A stretch of 64,000 nucleotides of DNA, from contig JAFGQE010000158.1 in the NCBI GenBank assembly GCA_016935835.1, positions 2,256-66,255 on the forward strand, written 5' to 3'. This DNA is from Clostridia bacterium (GTDB taxonomy: Bacteria > Bacillota > Clostridia > DUPQ01). Shown in pieces: positions 37,614 to 46,914 of the stretch (positions are counted from its first letter, which is position 1; every line of letters begins with the position of its first letter). A model generated the notes under the pieces. The model was given only the letters and a program-made list of their open reading frames with translations, was not told the origin of the DNA and ran no database searches. Both the position numbers and the translations under genes were made by a program.

Positions 37614-40377
37614 ATTCCTTCCAGATCATGATGTCGTTTTCATACAGATACTTTTCCGCATAACCCGCGTTGTTGTACCCATATTCCCATATTCCGCTCT
37701 TTTTACCATCAGTGTAATAGCCGATTGTATGGATTGAATCGTATTGCCCGGTGCCTGTTGCATAAATGTGATATATTCCATCCGGCACCCCCGCCTTGTA
37801 GCCTATCTCGCTTTTTATGGTTCCGTCCTCAAGATAGGCAAGCCATACGCCGTCTTGCTTACCATCAAGATATGCGCCTGTGAACTCAGTGTTTCCGTTG
37901 CTGTAGTTGCGCTGCGCCGGTCCTGTTTTCAATCCTCTTTCATATGTCGTGATTTCATTCAAAGTACCGTCCTCATAATATGACTCAACCTTGCCATGGT
38001 AAATTCCGTCGCTGTACTCCTGAATAAAGGAAATTCGGCCGTTTTCATAATATGAAACCGACGTCCCGTCTTTCTTCCCGTTCAATTCGCCGTATGAAAT
38101 TTTTAAATCCCCGTTGTCATAATACAATTTTATATCGGACCGGACATCCGGGCCGGCATGGCTGTTCTGAACCTCGCGGATCAGTATTCCGTTTCGGTAT
38201 GTATATGATTCAAGTTCCTCCTCCATGTCATATATCACATAGGTCGGGTCGCCGTTGTACAGCGTTGTGTTGAGGCCGTCCCTTTTGTTGGCCTGTACCT
38301 GCATTATGTATGCTATTTTCTCCTGTTCCTTTGGATCCCCTGGCTGCCTGAACCTTACCGCCGTCCGGCGGTCAATGGTTTTGTCTTCCGTCCTGACCTC
38401 AAACAGAATGCTGTTTTCATAAGAACCGTACCGTATCGCAAATATGCCCCTGTCCCTGTCCCCGGGGAAGCGATATGTATATTCGATGGTGTCCGTATAA
38501 ATCCTTGTTTCCCATCCGACTGGATCATTGTTTTCGTCAAGATACCTTATTCCGGTCAGCCGGCCTTCTGAATCCTTCGATTCTTCCTTTTTGAAATCAC
38601 CATAGTCAAGCAGATCGGTCCATCCGTAGATCAGCTTGATGATATCTGCATTTTCCATTCCCGCATCTATCTCCAGGATGGTCTGATAAAAACCGTATAT
38701 ATGCGATATGTCGGTATTGCCGGCGTCTTCCGACGGTTCCATGGAAGGGGTTGGTTCGGAAGATGCGCCCGGAGCAGATGAAACGGAGGACCCCGGTACA
38801 TGCGTTGCGGGTGGTGAGGATGATGAAGAGGGAGACGGGCCGGAGGCCTCTGATTCGTTTTTATCATCCGTAACTTCAATCCCGAACGCATTGAGAAGCC
38901 CGATGAGATCTTCCTTTTCAAAACTGCGGCCGTTCAGGGTATCAATGGAATTCTTCCACCCATTGAATGTATCAATCAATTCATCGGCCTTTGTGCTGAC
39001 TATAGCATTGATAAACCTGCCTTTGCTGTCTCCGAGGGTTACCTCAAGGTCATTCTGTATCAGATCCGTTATTTCAGCCACTTGGCCTGCGGAAAATTTA
39101 TCCTTGTTTTTATCCAGCTGCGCCAATAGAAGTTTTTGGATCAAGTAGTATTTCGCGGTGTCGGTAGGGACGAAGAAAAGGACATTCTGACCATTTTGAA
39201 TGGCTTCAAGAAGAAGCGCTCTCTTATTTTCAGCCTCAGCCTGGGCGGCGGCCATGACGGTGGAATCGTCCGATAATTCAAATGCCGCAGACGGTTCAAC
39301 GGCGGGATTTGCATTATAGGGCAAGCCGTCTTGCGCAATCCCGTCTTTGATATCGGACAGCGCGGCGCTAAAGTCGTCAAGGGCTGCATTTTCACCGCTG
39401 CTGAATTTATCTTTATTTATGTCGCCGGTCGCATCGGCGACAGCTATTCCCGCACCCAGGAATGACAGCCCTTGTTCTTCTGCCATGACTTTACCCAGAA
39501 GGGAAAAGCCTTTGCGGGCTTCTGGAACCGGCACGAGGGTCAAAGGAATTATTTGGGTTGCCTTAATTTGCTCAATAAGAGATTCGCATAAAGCTATTTC
39601 ATCGCTTGAAAGGGAATCGCCGTCCATTGATTTGAGGTTCTCCAGCAAACGCTCCGATTCATCCAGATAGTAGCCGGAGACATAGTAATCCGCGGAGACA
39701 ATGTATGAATGCATTCTTGAGGCCTTATCATATTCAAACAACATTTTATCCAGGCCGGGCTCAATTTTCTTGCGGTACACTGAAGCCGAGGAGGACAGCA
39801 GTCGTTCGGTCTGCCGAAGGCTGGTTTCGCCCAGAATGATGCTAACGGCCGCTGTATCGGCCATTAGTTCGGCCAGATACCCGTTCTGTCGCTCAATCAG
39901 GCGGCAGACCGCAAAGACCAGATATGAATCAATTACGGCTGATACGGCTTTGTTGCTGGATTTTGCCTTAAGGTATGTCCGGATTTCGGTCTCAAGGGAT
40001 CCGAGGATGGTTTTATAGGCAATTATATTTTCCGCCGCGGATGATATAAAATCAATTTGGCCGGGGGAGGGATTGGTTATTTTATCAATATACCCGAGCA
40101 GGTTGTCCTCATATTTTTCCATTCCATCAGTGACTCGAAAACAAAAACCCGAAGTTTCCCGGATGGAATCAATGAAAATATCGACGGCTTTCCCTCGGGA
40201 GCCAAGAAAGGTCTTCTCATCCTTGTTTCCGGGGCGAAGCTGCCCGGTGTAAAGGTAGCCGGAGGCCAGATGGTTCGAGAAATCCTCCCCCGGGGAGATG
40301 CGTGACGACAGGCAGCCGCCGAATGACGCGGCCATGAAGCAAATAATCAATAAAAGCGAAAGTTTTTTCATAATCAT
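37543..40377 (-). CDS. large lipoprotein with Ser/Pro-rich linker and C-terminal MORN-like (YwqK-type) repeats
   Basis: Lipobox MAASFGG|C. A low-complexity GPSPSSSSSPPATHVPGSS linker. About 8 tandem Y..G......Y..G....G repeats. Confidence 0.5.
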   Translation of the reverse strand: MIMKKLSLLLIICFMAASFGGCLSSRISPGEDFSNHLASGYLYTGQLRPGNKDEKTFLGSRGKAVDIFIDSIRETSGFCFRVTDGMEKYEDNLLGYIDKITNPSPGQIDFISSAAENIIAYKTILGSLETEIRTYLKAKSSNKAVSAVIDSYLVFAVCRLIERQNGYLAELMADTAAVSIILGETSLRQTERLLSSSASVYRKKIEPGLDKMLFEYDKASRMHSYIVSADYYVSGYYLDESERLLENLKSMDGDSLSSDEIALCESLIEQIKATQIIPLTLVPVPEARKGFSLLGKVMAEEQGLSFLGAGIAVADATGDINKDKFSSGENAALDDFSAALSDIKDGIAQDGLPYNANPAVEPSAAFELSDDSTVMAAAQAEAENKRALLLEAIQNGQNVLFFVPTDTAKYYLIQKLLLAQLDKNKDKFSAGQVAEITDLIQNDLEVTLGDSKGRFINAIVSTKADELIDTFNGWKNSIDTLNGRSFEKEDLIGLLNAFGIEVTDDKNESEASGPSPSSSSSPPATHVPGSSVSSAPGASSEPTPSMEPSEDAGNTDISHIYGFYQTILEIDAGMENADIIKLIYGWTDLLDYGDFKKEESKDSEGRLTGIRYLDENNDPVGWETRIYTDTIEYTYRFPGDRDRGIFAIRYGSYENSILFEVRTEDKTIDRRTAVRFRQPGDPKEQEKIAYIMQVQANKRDGLNTTLYNGDPTYVIYDMEEELESYTYRNGILIREVQNSHAGPDVRSDIKLYYDNGDLKISYGELNGKKDGTSVSYYENGRISFIQEYSDGIYHGKVESYYEDGTLNEITTYERGLKTGPAQRNYSNGNTEFTGAYLDGKQDGVWLAYLEDGTIKSEIGYKAGVPDGIYHIYATGTGQYDSIHTIGYYTDGKKSGIWEYGYNNAGYAEKYLYENDIMIWKEYAGSGIRTYYKSDGTVDRTEPAG

Positions 40378-40395
40378 GCCCCGGTTTTATTCTAT

Positions 40396-40857
40396 TTAAT
40401 ATAAGGTGTGGCCTTGCTTGTCTTCCCACTCCTTCATCAGGGGGAGACAGCTGTCGCGGTCAAGCGATATGCGCCGGAGGGCATCCCCGTCCCCGCCTTC
40501 CAGCACATGGTAGATGAATGCGTCGATAAAACCGATTTTTTCGGCATCCTCCTTTGTGCATCCGTAATATACCGATTGCACCCTTGCCCACATGATTGCG
40601 GAAAGACACATCGGACAGGGCTCGCAGGTTGAATATATCTCGCAGTCGGGTATGTTCGGGGATCCAAGCACGGCGCAGGCTTTTCTAAGGGCCTCCACTT
40701 CCGCATGGGCGGTAGGGTCGTTGGTTGCCAGAACCATATTGTGGGCTGATGCGATGACGCGTCCGCCGCAAACGACAACCGCTCCAAATGGCCCGCCGTG
40801 CCCCGCCCTGACGCCTTCCCGTGCTTCTTCAATGGCAATCTGCATGAATTTGTTCAT
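40396..40857 (-). CDS. CDA-fold nucleoside/nucleotide deaminase (TadA/guanine deaminase-like)
   Basis: HAE...PCPMC zinc-binding motifs; 153 aa. Confidence 0.7.
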   Translation of the reverse strand: MNKFMQIAIEEAREGVRAGHGGPFGAVVVCGGRVIASAHNMVLATNDPTAHAEVEALRKACAVLGSPNIPDCEIYSTCEPCPMCLSAIMWARVQSVYYGCTKEDAEKIGFIDAFIYHVLEGGDGDALRRISLDRDSCLPLMKEWEDKQGHTLY

Positions 40858-41070
40858 AATATCACCGCTTTCATAATCATTTTATCACTAAAATATCATT
40901 AATAGAACAATAGCGGGCTTTCTGATGTTCAGAGCGCGGCGGTTATTTTGCAGGGGAAAACAGGTGAAACGTAAAAAGATGGGCAATAGGCCGGCTGTGG
41001 CTTTGAAAAACATCCGCAAGCATATATAATGGATGTAATCAGAAGGAATACATAGCTTCGGGGGGTTGCA

Positions 41071-42024
41071 TTGGATTTGAAGTCAATCTTTCAAAAACAA
41101 AAAACGATGCGCAGGGTCCTGTATAGCCTGATGCCGGTGGTGCTTTATTCGGTATACCTTTTCGGACTAAGGACGTTGGCTGTAATTGCGGTTGTAACGG
41201 CATGCGGGGTTGTTTCCGAATATCTCATAATGAGGAATATCAACGGAGCCGGGGCAAAGGTAAGCGAGGCCGCCCTGGTCAGCAGCGTTCTGTTTGCGCT
41301 GACGCTTCCCCCGTCGGTTCCTTTTTGGGTGGCCGGCACGGGAATTATTTTTGGCATTGTATTTGCCAAGGGAGTATTCGGCGGATTCGGAAGGAATATT
41401 TTCAACCCCGCCCTTGCCGGCAGATGCTTCATCTACATATCATTCCCGGCATTCATGACTATAAGCTGGACAAAGCCGTTCACGGGATTTCCCGGGGGGC
41501 TTTTGCGATATTTCAATTCCGTGGATGCATCAACATCAGCAACGCCGCTTCTGAGTTTCAACAGCACGGGTGAAATGACGGGTTATTGGCGCCTGGCATT
41601 CGGAGGGATTTCCGGATCGATGGGGGAAACCGCGGCATTGCTGATTCTTGCCGCCGCAATATATCTTATAGCAACAAAAACAGCCTCATGGAAAATAATG
41701 GCATCATGCGTCACCGGCTTCATGGCGCTGACCATGGTTTTGTATTTTACCGGGGTAACTGCCGCGGACCCGCTGTTTTCGCTGCTTGCGGGCGGTTTTA
41801 TGTTCGGAACGGTCTTCATGGCCACCGACCCGGTATCGGCCCCAAAAACGGATTCCGGCAGAATCATATATGGGGCAATGATCGGCATCCTGACCTGTGT
41901 CATCAGGATATTCGGATTGTTTGTAGAAGGGGTCATGTTTGCGATTCTAATCTCAAATATGTTTGTGCCTTTGCTCGAAAGAAACCTTTCGGCGCTCAAG
42001 GCGCGGAAAAAGGCGGCCGCATGA
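41071..42024 (+). CDS. RnfD/NqrB-family subunit
   Basis: 317 aa. NPALAGR motif and flavinylation motif DASTSATPL. Confidence 0.75.
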   Translation: MDLKSIFQKQKTMRRVLYSLMPVVLYSVYLFGLRTLAVIAVVTACGVVSEYLIMRNINGAGAKVSEAALVSSVLFALTLPPSVPFWVAGTGIIFGIVFAKGVFGGFGRNIFNPALAGRCFIYISFPAFMTISWTKPFTGFPGGLLRYFNSVDASTSATPLLSFNSTGEMTGYWRLAFGGISGSMGETAALLILAAAIYLIATKTASWKIMASCVTGFMALTMVLYFTGVTAADPLFSLLAGGFMFGTVFMATDPVSAPKTDSGRIIYGAMIGILTCVIRIFGLFVEGVMFAILISNMFVPLLERNLSALKARKKAAA

Positions 42025-42602
42025 AGAAAGGATATATCTATACAATAATATTCATAATGGCCGTAAGCATTGTTTTTTCGGGATTGCTGGCTGTTGTCAA
42101 CGCAGCCTTTAAAAACAGGATTGAAATCAATGAAAAGGCGGCCGGTCAAAAATCAATCCTGTATGCGATGGGATTTGATTCGGAGGGCATGGATGCAGTC
42201 GATTTCTTTGAACAGAATGTGGTCGAGAGAAAATCCGGGGATGTCGCTTACTATGCCGCCAGAACCGCAGAAGGATCCATGGTTTATGCGGTTCCGTTCG
42301 CCGGGTCGGGGCTTTGGGGCACGATCAAGGGATATATCGGAATTGACGGAAGCTTTACCCGGATGATTGGAATCGCATTCACCGAACAAAACGAAACGCC
42401 CGGACTCGGGGGAAGGATTGACGAGGAGTGGTACAAGGAGCAGTTCAGGGGAATATCCCTTGAAGGAGATGTTTCATACGGCGGGGATTCGGGGATAGAT
42501 GCAATAACCGGGGCGACTTCGACCTCAAACGCCGTTTTGAATATCCTCAATGAATTCATGTCGACAACCCTGAAGGAAGTGGAGGCGGCCGGTGAAGAAT
42601 GA
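42021..42602 (+). CDS. RnfG/NqrC-family FMN-binding subunit
   Basis: Single N-terminal TM, then an FMN-attachment motif ITGATSTS. Start at ATG 42021 overlapping the upstream stop (ATGA); the ORF-track N-terminal extension is rejected. Confidence 0.7.
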   Translation: MKKGYIYTIIFIMAVSIVFSGLLAVVNAAFKNRIEINEKAAGQKSILYAMGFDSEGMDAVDFFEQNVVERKSGDVAYYAARTAEGSMVYAVPFAGSGLWGTIKGYIGIDGSFTRMIGIAFTEQNETPGLGGRIDEEWYKEQFRGISLEGDVSYGGDSGIDAITGATSTSNAVLNILNEFMSTTLKEVEAAGEE

Positions 42603-43209
42603 TTTGAGAACGGTTTTCTACAGGAATCTATGGAAGGAAAATCCGGTGATAAGGCAGATCCTGGGTATTTGCTCCGCGCTGGCCGTAACGAACAGGGTGG
42701 ACAACTCGCTTGTAATGGGAATCGGGCTTATGTTTGTAACCGCTTTTTCAAGCCTTACGCTTTCAGCGCTGAGAAATTCCATTCCGGACAGGATCAGGAT
42801 GATAGTGCAGACACTGGTCATAGCCGCGTATGTGATTATCGTTGATATTTTGATCAAGGCCGGGCTTCCCGAAATAAGCAAGGCCCTTGGGCCTTATGTG
42901 GGCTTGATAATAACGAACTGCATAATAATGGGAAGGGCGGAGGCCTTTGCGAGAAAGAATCCCCCCGTAATATCATTCTTCGACGGATTGTTCGCAGGCA
43001 TAGGTTATACCATAATATTGCTTTGCATCGCACTTGTCAGGGAAATCCTGGGATTCGGGACCGTATTCGGCTACAACGTAAATTTCCTAAATTTTACAAA
43101 CTGGACGATAATGGTGGTTCCGCCCGGTGCATTTTTCATGATAGCGATACTTATATGGATATCATCGGGAGCAATGGACCGAAGGCTCAGGAAAAAGGAA
43201 AGAAGCTAA
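42592..43209 (+). CDS. RnfE/NqrD-family subunit
   Basis: 205 aa six-TM protein with an RnfE/NqrD-type N-terminus (NPVIRQILGICSALAVT). Confidence 0.8.
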   Translation: MKNDLRTVFYRNLWKENPVIRQILGICSALAVTNRVDNSLVMGIGLMFVTAFSSLTLSALRNSIPDRIRMIVQTLVIAAYVIIVDILIKAGLPEISKALGPYVGLIITNCIIMGRAEAFARKNPPVISFFDGLFAGIGYTIILLCIALVREILGFGTVFGYNVNFLNFTNWTIMVVPPGAFFMIAILIWISSGAMDRRLRKKERS

Positions 43210-43224
43210 AGGAGGAAACGGAAT

Positions 43225-43821
43225 ATGACTTCTCCGGAAATAAGTCCATTTATAATATTTTTTGCTTCAATCATAACCAGCAACATGGTTCTGGCCAACT
43301 TCCTGGGCATGTGCTCGTTTATTTCGGTTTCAAATGAATACAAGACCGCATCGGGGCTTGGCAAGGCGGTGACGCTTGTGATGGTGTTCACCACCGTTAT
43401 AAATTTCGCCGTATATAAATTCCTCATAGTGCCGCTTGAACTTGAATATCTTAGATATGTCATATTCATCATTGTAATTGCCGCATCGGTTCAGGTAATC
43501 GAACTTGCGATGGACAGGTTCCTGCCGGAGCTTCATATAAAACTCGGCATATTCCTGCCCCTGATAACCGTAAATTGCGCGATACTCGGAATCAGCCTTT
43601 TCATGGTAATAAGGAATTACAATTTTGCACAGTCGCTTCTGTTTGGAATTGGAAGCGGCCTCGGCTGGTGGCTTGCCATATCTACTCTGGCGGCCATCAG
43701 GGAAAAGACGGGGAAGAATAAAATACCCAAGGGCCTTGAAGGACCCGGCCTGACTTTCATCATCATAGGATTGATGGCGCTGGCCTTCATGGGATTTTCG
43801 GGTATGTTCGCAATACAATGA
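43225..43821 (+). CDS. RnfA/NqrE-family subunit
   Basis: 198 aa with an NqrE/RnfA-like N-terminus (IIFFASIITSNMVLANFLGMCSF). Confidence 0.8.
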   Translation: MTSPEISPFIIFFASIITSNMVLANFLGMCSFISVSNEYKTASGLGKAVTLVMVFTTVINFAVYKFLIVPLELEYLRYVIFIIVIAASVQVIELAMDRFLPELHIKLGIFLPLITVNCAILGISLFMVIRNYNFAQSLLFGIGSGLGWWLAISTLAAIREKTGKNKIPKGLEGPGLTFIIIGLMALAFMGFSGMFAIQ

Positions 43822-43844
43822 CAGCAATGCTTTGACAAGACGGA

Positions 43845-44948
43845 GTGAAGATGGAGATACTTAAGACAATATTGGGCATAACCGGAATTTCAACCGTTTT
43901 GGCGGTGTTCATTATAGTTGCCGAGAAATTCCTGAACAACTACGGAGAGTGCGGAATTGACATCAACGACGGAGGCAAGCTGCTCAAGGTTGACGGGGGG
44001 GTATCTCTTCTTTCGGCTCTTGCTTCAAATAAAATATTCATACCCTCGGCATGCGGCGGGAAGGCGACGTGCGGGCTGTGCAAGGTGAAGGTGCTCGATG
44101 GAGCGGGGCCGGTGCTGCCTACAGAAGAACCTTATTTAAACAAACAGGAACTGCAGGAGGGAGTCCGCCTGTCGTGCCAGGTCAGAATTAAAAAGGACCT
44201 CAGGATATACATTCCCGAAGAGCTTTTCAATATAAAGGAATTCAATGCAACCGTAACCCGGATCACGGACCTGACAAGGGACATCAAGGAATATCGTTTT
44301 GATTTCAGGGAAGGCGAGGAAATATCATTCAGGGCCGGGCAATATATGCAGATTGAGACAAAGCCGTACGGCAAGGTAAAGGAGAGGGCGATAAGGGCAT
44401 ATTCCATTTCATCCCCGCCATCGGACAAGAAGGGCGTCGAGCTTATAATCAGAAAGGTTCCCGGAGGCGTGTGCACGACTTATATGCATGATCATGTCAG
44501 GGAAGGCGACGAAATAAGGATCACCGGTCCATACGGGGAATTCTATATGCGCGATGATTCGGATGACTATGTCTTCATGGCCGGCGGTTCTGGAATGGCT
44601 CCAATAAAGTCCATAATATCGGATATACTCGAGAAAAAGCTGGACAAGAAAATGATATTCTTTTTCGGTGCGGTCACAAAAAAAGATCTTTTCCACACGG
44701 AATTCTTCAGGGAACTTGAAAAAAAGCACGATAATTTCAAATATGTGCCTGCACTGTCAAATCCCGGTCCCGATGATGATTGGGAAGGGGAGGCCGGCCT
44801 TGTCACGGATGTAATGAAAAGATATGTGGAAACGGGAAGGGACAGGCATGCGTACCTGTGCGGCAGCCCCGGTATGATCAATGCTTGCATAAAGGTGCTG
44901 ACCTCCATGGAATTTGATGAAAGCAAGATATTCTACGATAAGTTTTAG
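43845..44948 (+). CDS. nqrF: NqrF-like subunit (TM anchor + 2Fe-2S ferredoxin + FAD/NADH-binding FNR domain)
   Basis: Co-linear similarity to Vibrio NqrF: SACGGKATCGLCKV, RAYSISS, GPYGEFY and GGSGMAPI blocks. Confidence 0.8.
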   Translation: MKMEILKTILGITGISTVLAVFIIVAEKFLNNYGECGIDINDGGKLLKVDGGVSLLSALASNKIFIPSACGGKATCGLCKVKVLDGAGPVLPTEEPYLNKQELQEGVRLSCQVRIKKDLRIYIPEELFNIKEFNATVTRITDLTRDIKEYRFDFREGEEISFRAGQYMQIETKPYGKVKERAIRAYSISSPPSDKKGVELIIRKVPGGVCTTYMHDHVREGDEIRITGPYGEFYMRDDSDDYVFMAGGSGMAPIKSIISDILEKKLDKKMIFFFGAVTKKDLFHTEFFRELEKKHDNFKYVPALSNPGPDDDWEGEAGLVTDVMKRYVETGRDRHAYLCGSPGMINACIKVLTSMEFDESKIFYDKF

Positions 44949-44959
44949 AGGGTGATTTT

Positions 44960-45418
44960 ATGAAGCAGGGGCCAAGGCTGGAGATGATACAGGAAAACAT
45001 GAAGCCCGGGGCGTATACGGCCCATGGTTTTCTCGGTGATGACGACCGCATGCTCAAGGACATTCTCAGGGAAGACAATTCGGCCGTTGAAAGGCACGGG
45101 ATATCACACGGGGAAATCGCGGCGAAAATGCGGTATTTCACGGAAATCGGCAGGCGTTTCCCAGAATCAACTGTAACCGACGGGGATTTCGAGATTACCG
45201 TGGACGACCACAGGGGATTCATACCGTGCCCATTCGCAGACAATGAAAAAGCATTGAAGACAAACACAAGGCTTTACAACAAAAGGACGGGGGAAACGGT
45301 GTACTGGTCCGACCTCAACATACACATGATCATGAGTCATGGATTCTACGAAGGAAAGGGTTCCTTTTTCAGGACCGGGCCGGTCGAACTGGCAAAAACA
45401 CTCGGGCTGATCGATTGA
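44960..45418 (+). CDS. hypothetical soluble protein downstream of nqrF
   Basis: 152 aa with no recognisable motifs. Confidence 0.3.
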   Translation: MKQGPRLEMIQENMKPGAYTAHGFLGDDDRMLKDILREDNSAVERHGISHGEIAAKMRYFTEIGRRFPESTVTDGDFEITVDDHRGFIPCPFADNEKALKTNTRLYNKRTGETVYWSDLNIHMIMSHGFYEGKGSFFRTGPVELAKTLGLID

Positions 45419-45439
45419 AATATCGCATGGAGGTTCATC

Positions 45440-45823
45440 ATGTACTTTGTCTACAAATATCTGGGATGGGTCAACATAGGCCTTCTAGTCCTTATACTGG
45501 CACACTTCGTTCTGAGAAGAATAAACAGGATCGGGTTTTCCAATAAAAATAAATTTCTAAAAAAAGCGGCTGCATTCATGTCGAAGATACATACTTATTT
45601 GACCATCGTACTTACGGCGACGGCATTTTTCCACGGCTTTAACCTGGCCGGGGGAATACGTTTTCACAGCGGCTACATAGCATTCATAGCCATCCTTCTG
45701 CAGGCAACGGCCGGGGCGCTTGTCAAGGCCCGGAAGAAAAAGCCGTTTCTCGCAGTCCACAGGCTGACGGGCCTCCTTCTTGCGGCGACAGTCATAATCC
45801 ACGTGATAATAATGAAAACATGA
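45440..45823 (+). CDS. hypothetical four-TM membrane protein
   Basis: Hydrophobicity pattern only. Confidence 0.3.
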   Translation: MYFVYKYLGWVNIGLLVLILAHFVLRRINRIGFSNKNKFLKKAAAFMSKIHTYLTIVLTATAFFHGFNLAGGIRFHSGYIAFIAILLQATAGALVKARKKKPFLAVHRLTGLLLAATVIIHVIIMKT

Positions 45824-45890
45824 TGGATTTCGAAAACCTTGCATCATTCGGGGAATCGCCGTTGTTTTCGGGTAAATAAGAAACAATGAG

Positions 45891-46739
45891 GTGGTCGGAA
45901 TGAAAAAAATCAAGAAAATATTTAATGCGGCGGAAACACAGGACGGAGCCGGGGTGAAGCTTAACAGGGTGTTCGGATTCAATGAAATTCCAGGGTTTGA
46001 TCCATTTCTTCTCCTTGATTACTTTTCCACGGATAATCCAAGGGATATTGAAAAGGGATTCCCATGGCATCCGCACAGGGGTATCGAAACCATTACTTAC
46101 ATATTGAAGGGAGAGGTCGAGCATCAGGACAGCCTTGGCAACAAGGGGGTGATCGGGCCGTCCGAAGTACAGTGGATGACGGCCGGAAGCGGAATCATAC
46201 ACCAGGAGATGCCCGTAACGGCCGGCGGCAAGGGAATGGAGGGCTTCCAGCTTTGGCTCAATCTGAAGTCGACGGACAAAATGATTTATCCGCAATACGG
46301 CGATATAAAGGCGGACATGATTCGAATTGTTGAAGAACCCGGCCTGACCGTGAAAGTCATCGGGGGGACATACAAAAAGACGGAAGGTCCCGTCAGGAGG
46401 GATTCCCTTGGAGTGGTGCTGCTCGATATGGAAATGCAACCGGAATCGGAGTACACGCATGTAACCGATGAAGGAAAAAACACATTCATTTTTGTTTTCA
46501 AGGGTCATGGCTTTTTCGGGGACCCGGCTGAAAAAGTTTCCCGGAAACAAGCCGCGGTCTTCAGCGGAGACGGCGGTATCAGAGTCAAGGCCATTGACAA
46601 TATGAGGTTCCTGCTCTGCGAGGGATACCCGCTTGACGAGCCGGTATCATGGGGAGGCCCGATAGTCATGAATACAAGGGAGGAGCTCCGCACGGCATTC
46701 AGGGAATATGATGAGGGCAATTTTATAAAACACAAATAG
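45891..46739 (+). CDS. pirin-family cupin protein
   Basis: HPHRGIETITYILKGEVEHQDSLGN...AGSGIIHQEMP are pirin signature regions. Confidence 0.8.
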   Translation: MVGMKKIKKIFNAAETQDGAGVKLNRVFGFNEIPGFDPFLLLDYFSTDNPRDIEKGFPWHPHRGIETITYILKGEVEHQDSLGNKGVIGPSEVQWMTAGSGIIHQEMPVTAGGKGMEGFQLWLNLKSTDKMIYPQYGDIKADMIRIVEEPGLTVKVIGGTYKKTEGPVRRDSLGVVLLDMEMQPESEYTHVTDEGKNTFIFVFKGHGFFGDPAEKVSRKQAAVFSGDGGIRVKAIDNMRFLLCEGYPLDEPVSWGGPIVMNTREELRTAFREYDEGNFIKHK

Positions 46740-46834
46740 AGCAATGACGGACGGCAGGTTTCCAAACGGACGGCGCATTCATGTGCGGACGAGTCATGAA
46801 AATTAAAAATCAGCACGCATCAAAATGGAGCAAT

Positions 46835-46866
46835 CCCGGGTCTATTTTAAGCCCGGGTGTTTTTTA
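46835..46866 (+). terminator. intrinsic terminator after pirin gene
   Basis: CCCGGG-loop-CCCGGG hairpin followed by a T-run. Confidence 0.5.
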
Positions 46867-46914
46867 CGGGAATATTACGACGGTAAAGTGATATAATTTA
46901 CCTGGAGGCCGAAA

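Noticed and set aside
41586-42602. A 338-aa ORF overlapping rnfD
   Set aside because: The first 145 residues overlap RnfD in another frame and carry no signal. The real RnfG/NqrC start is the ATG at 42021 that overlaps the RnfD stop.
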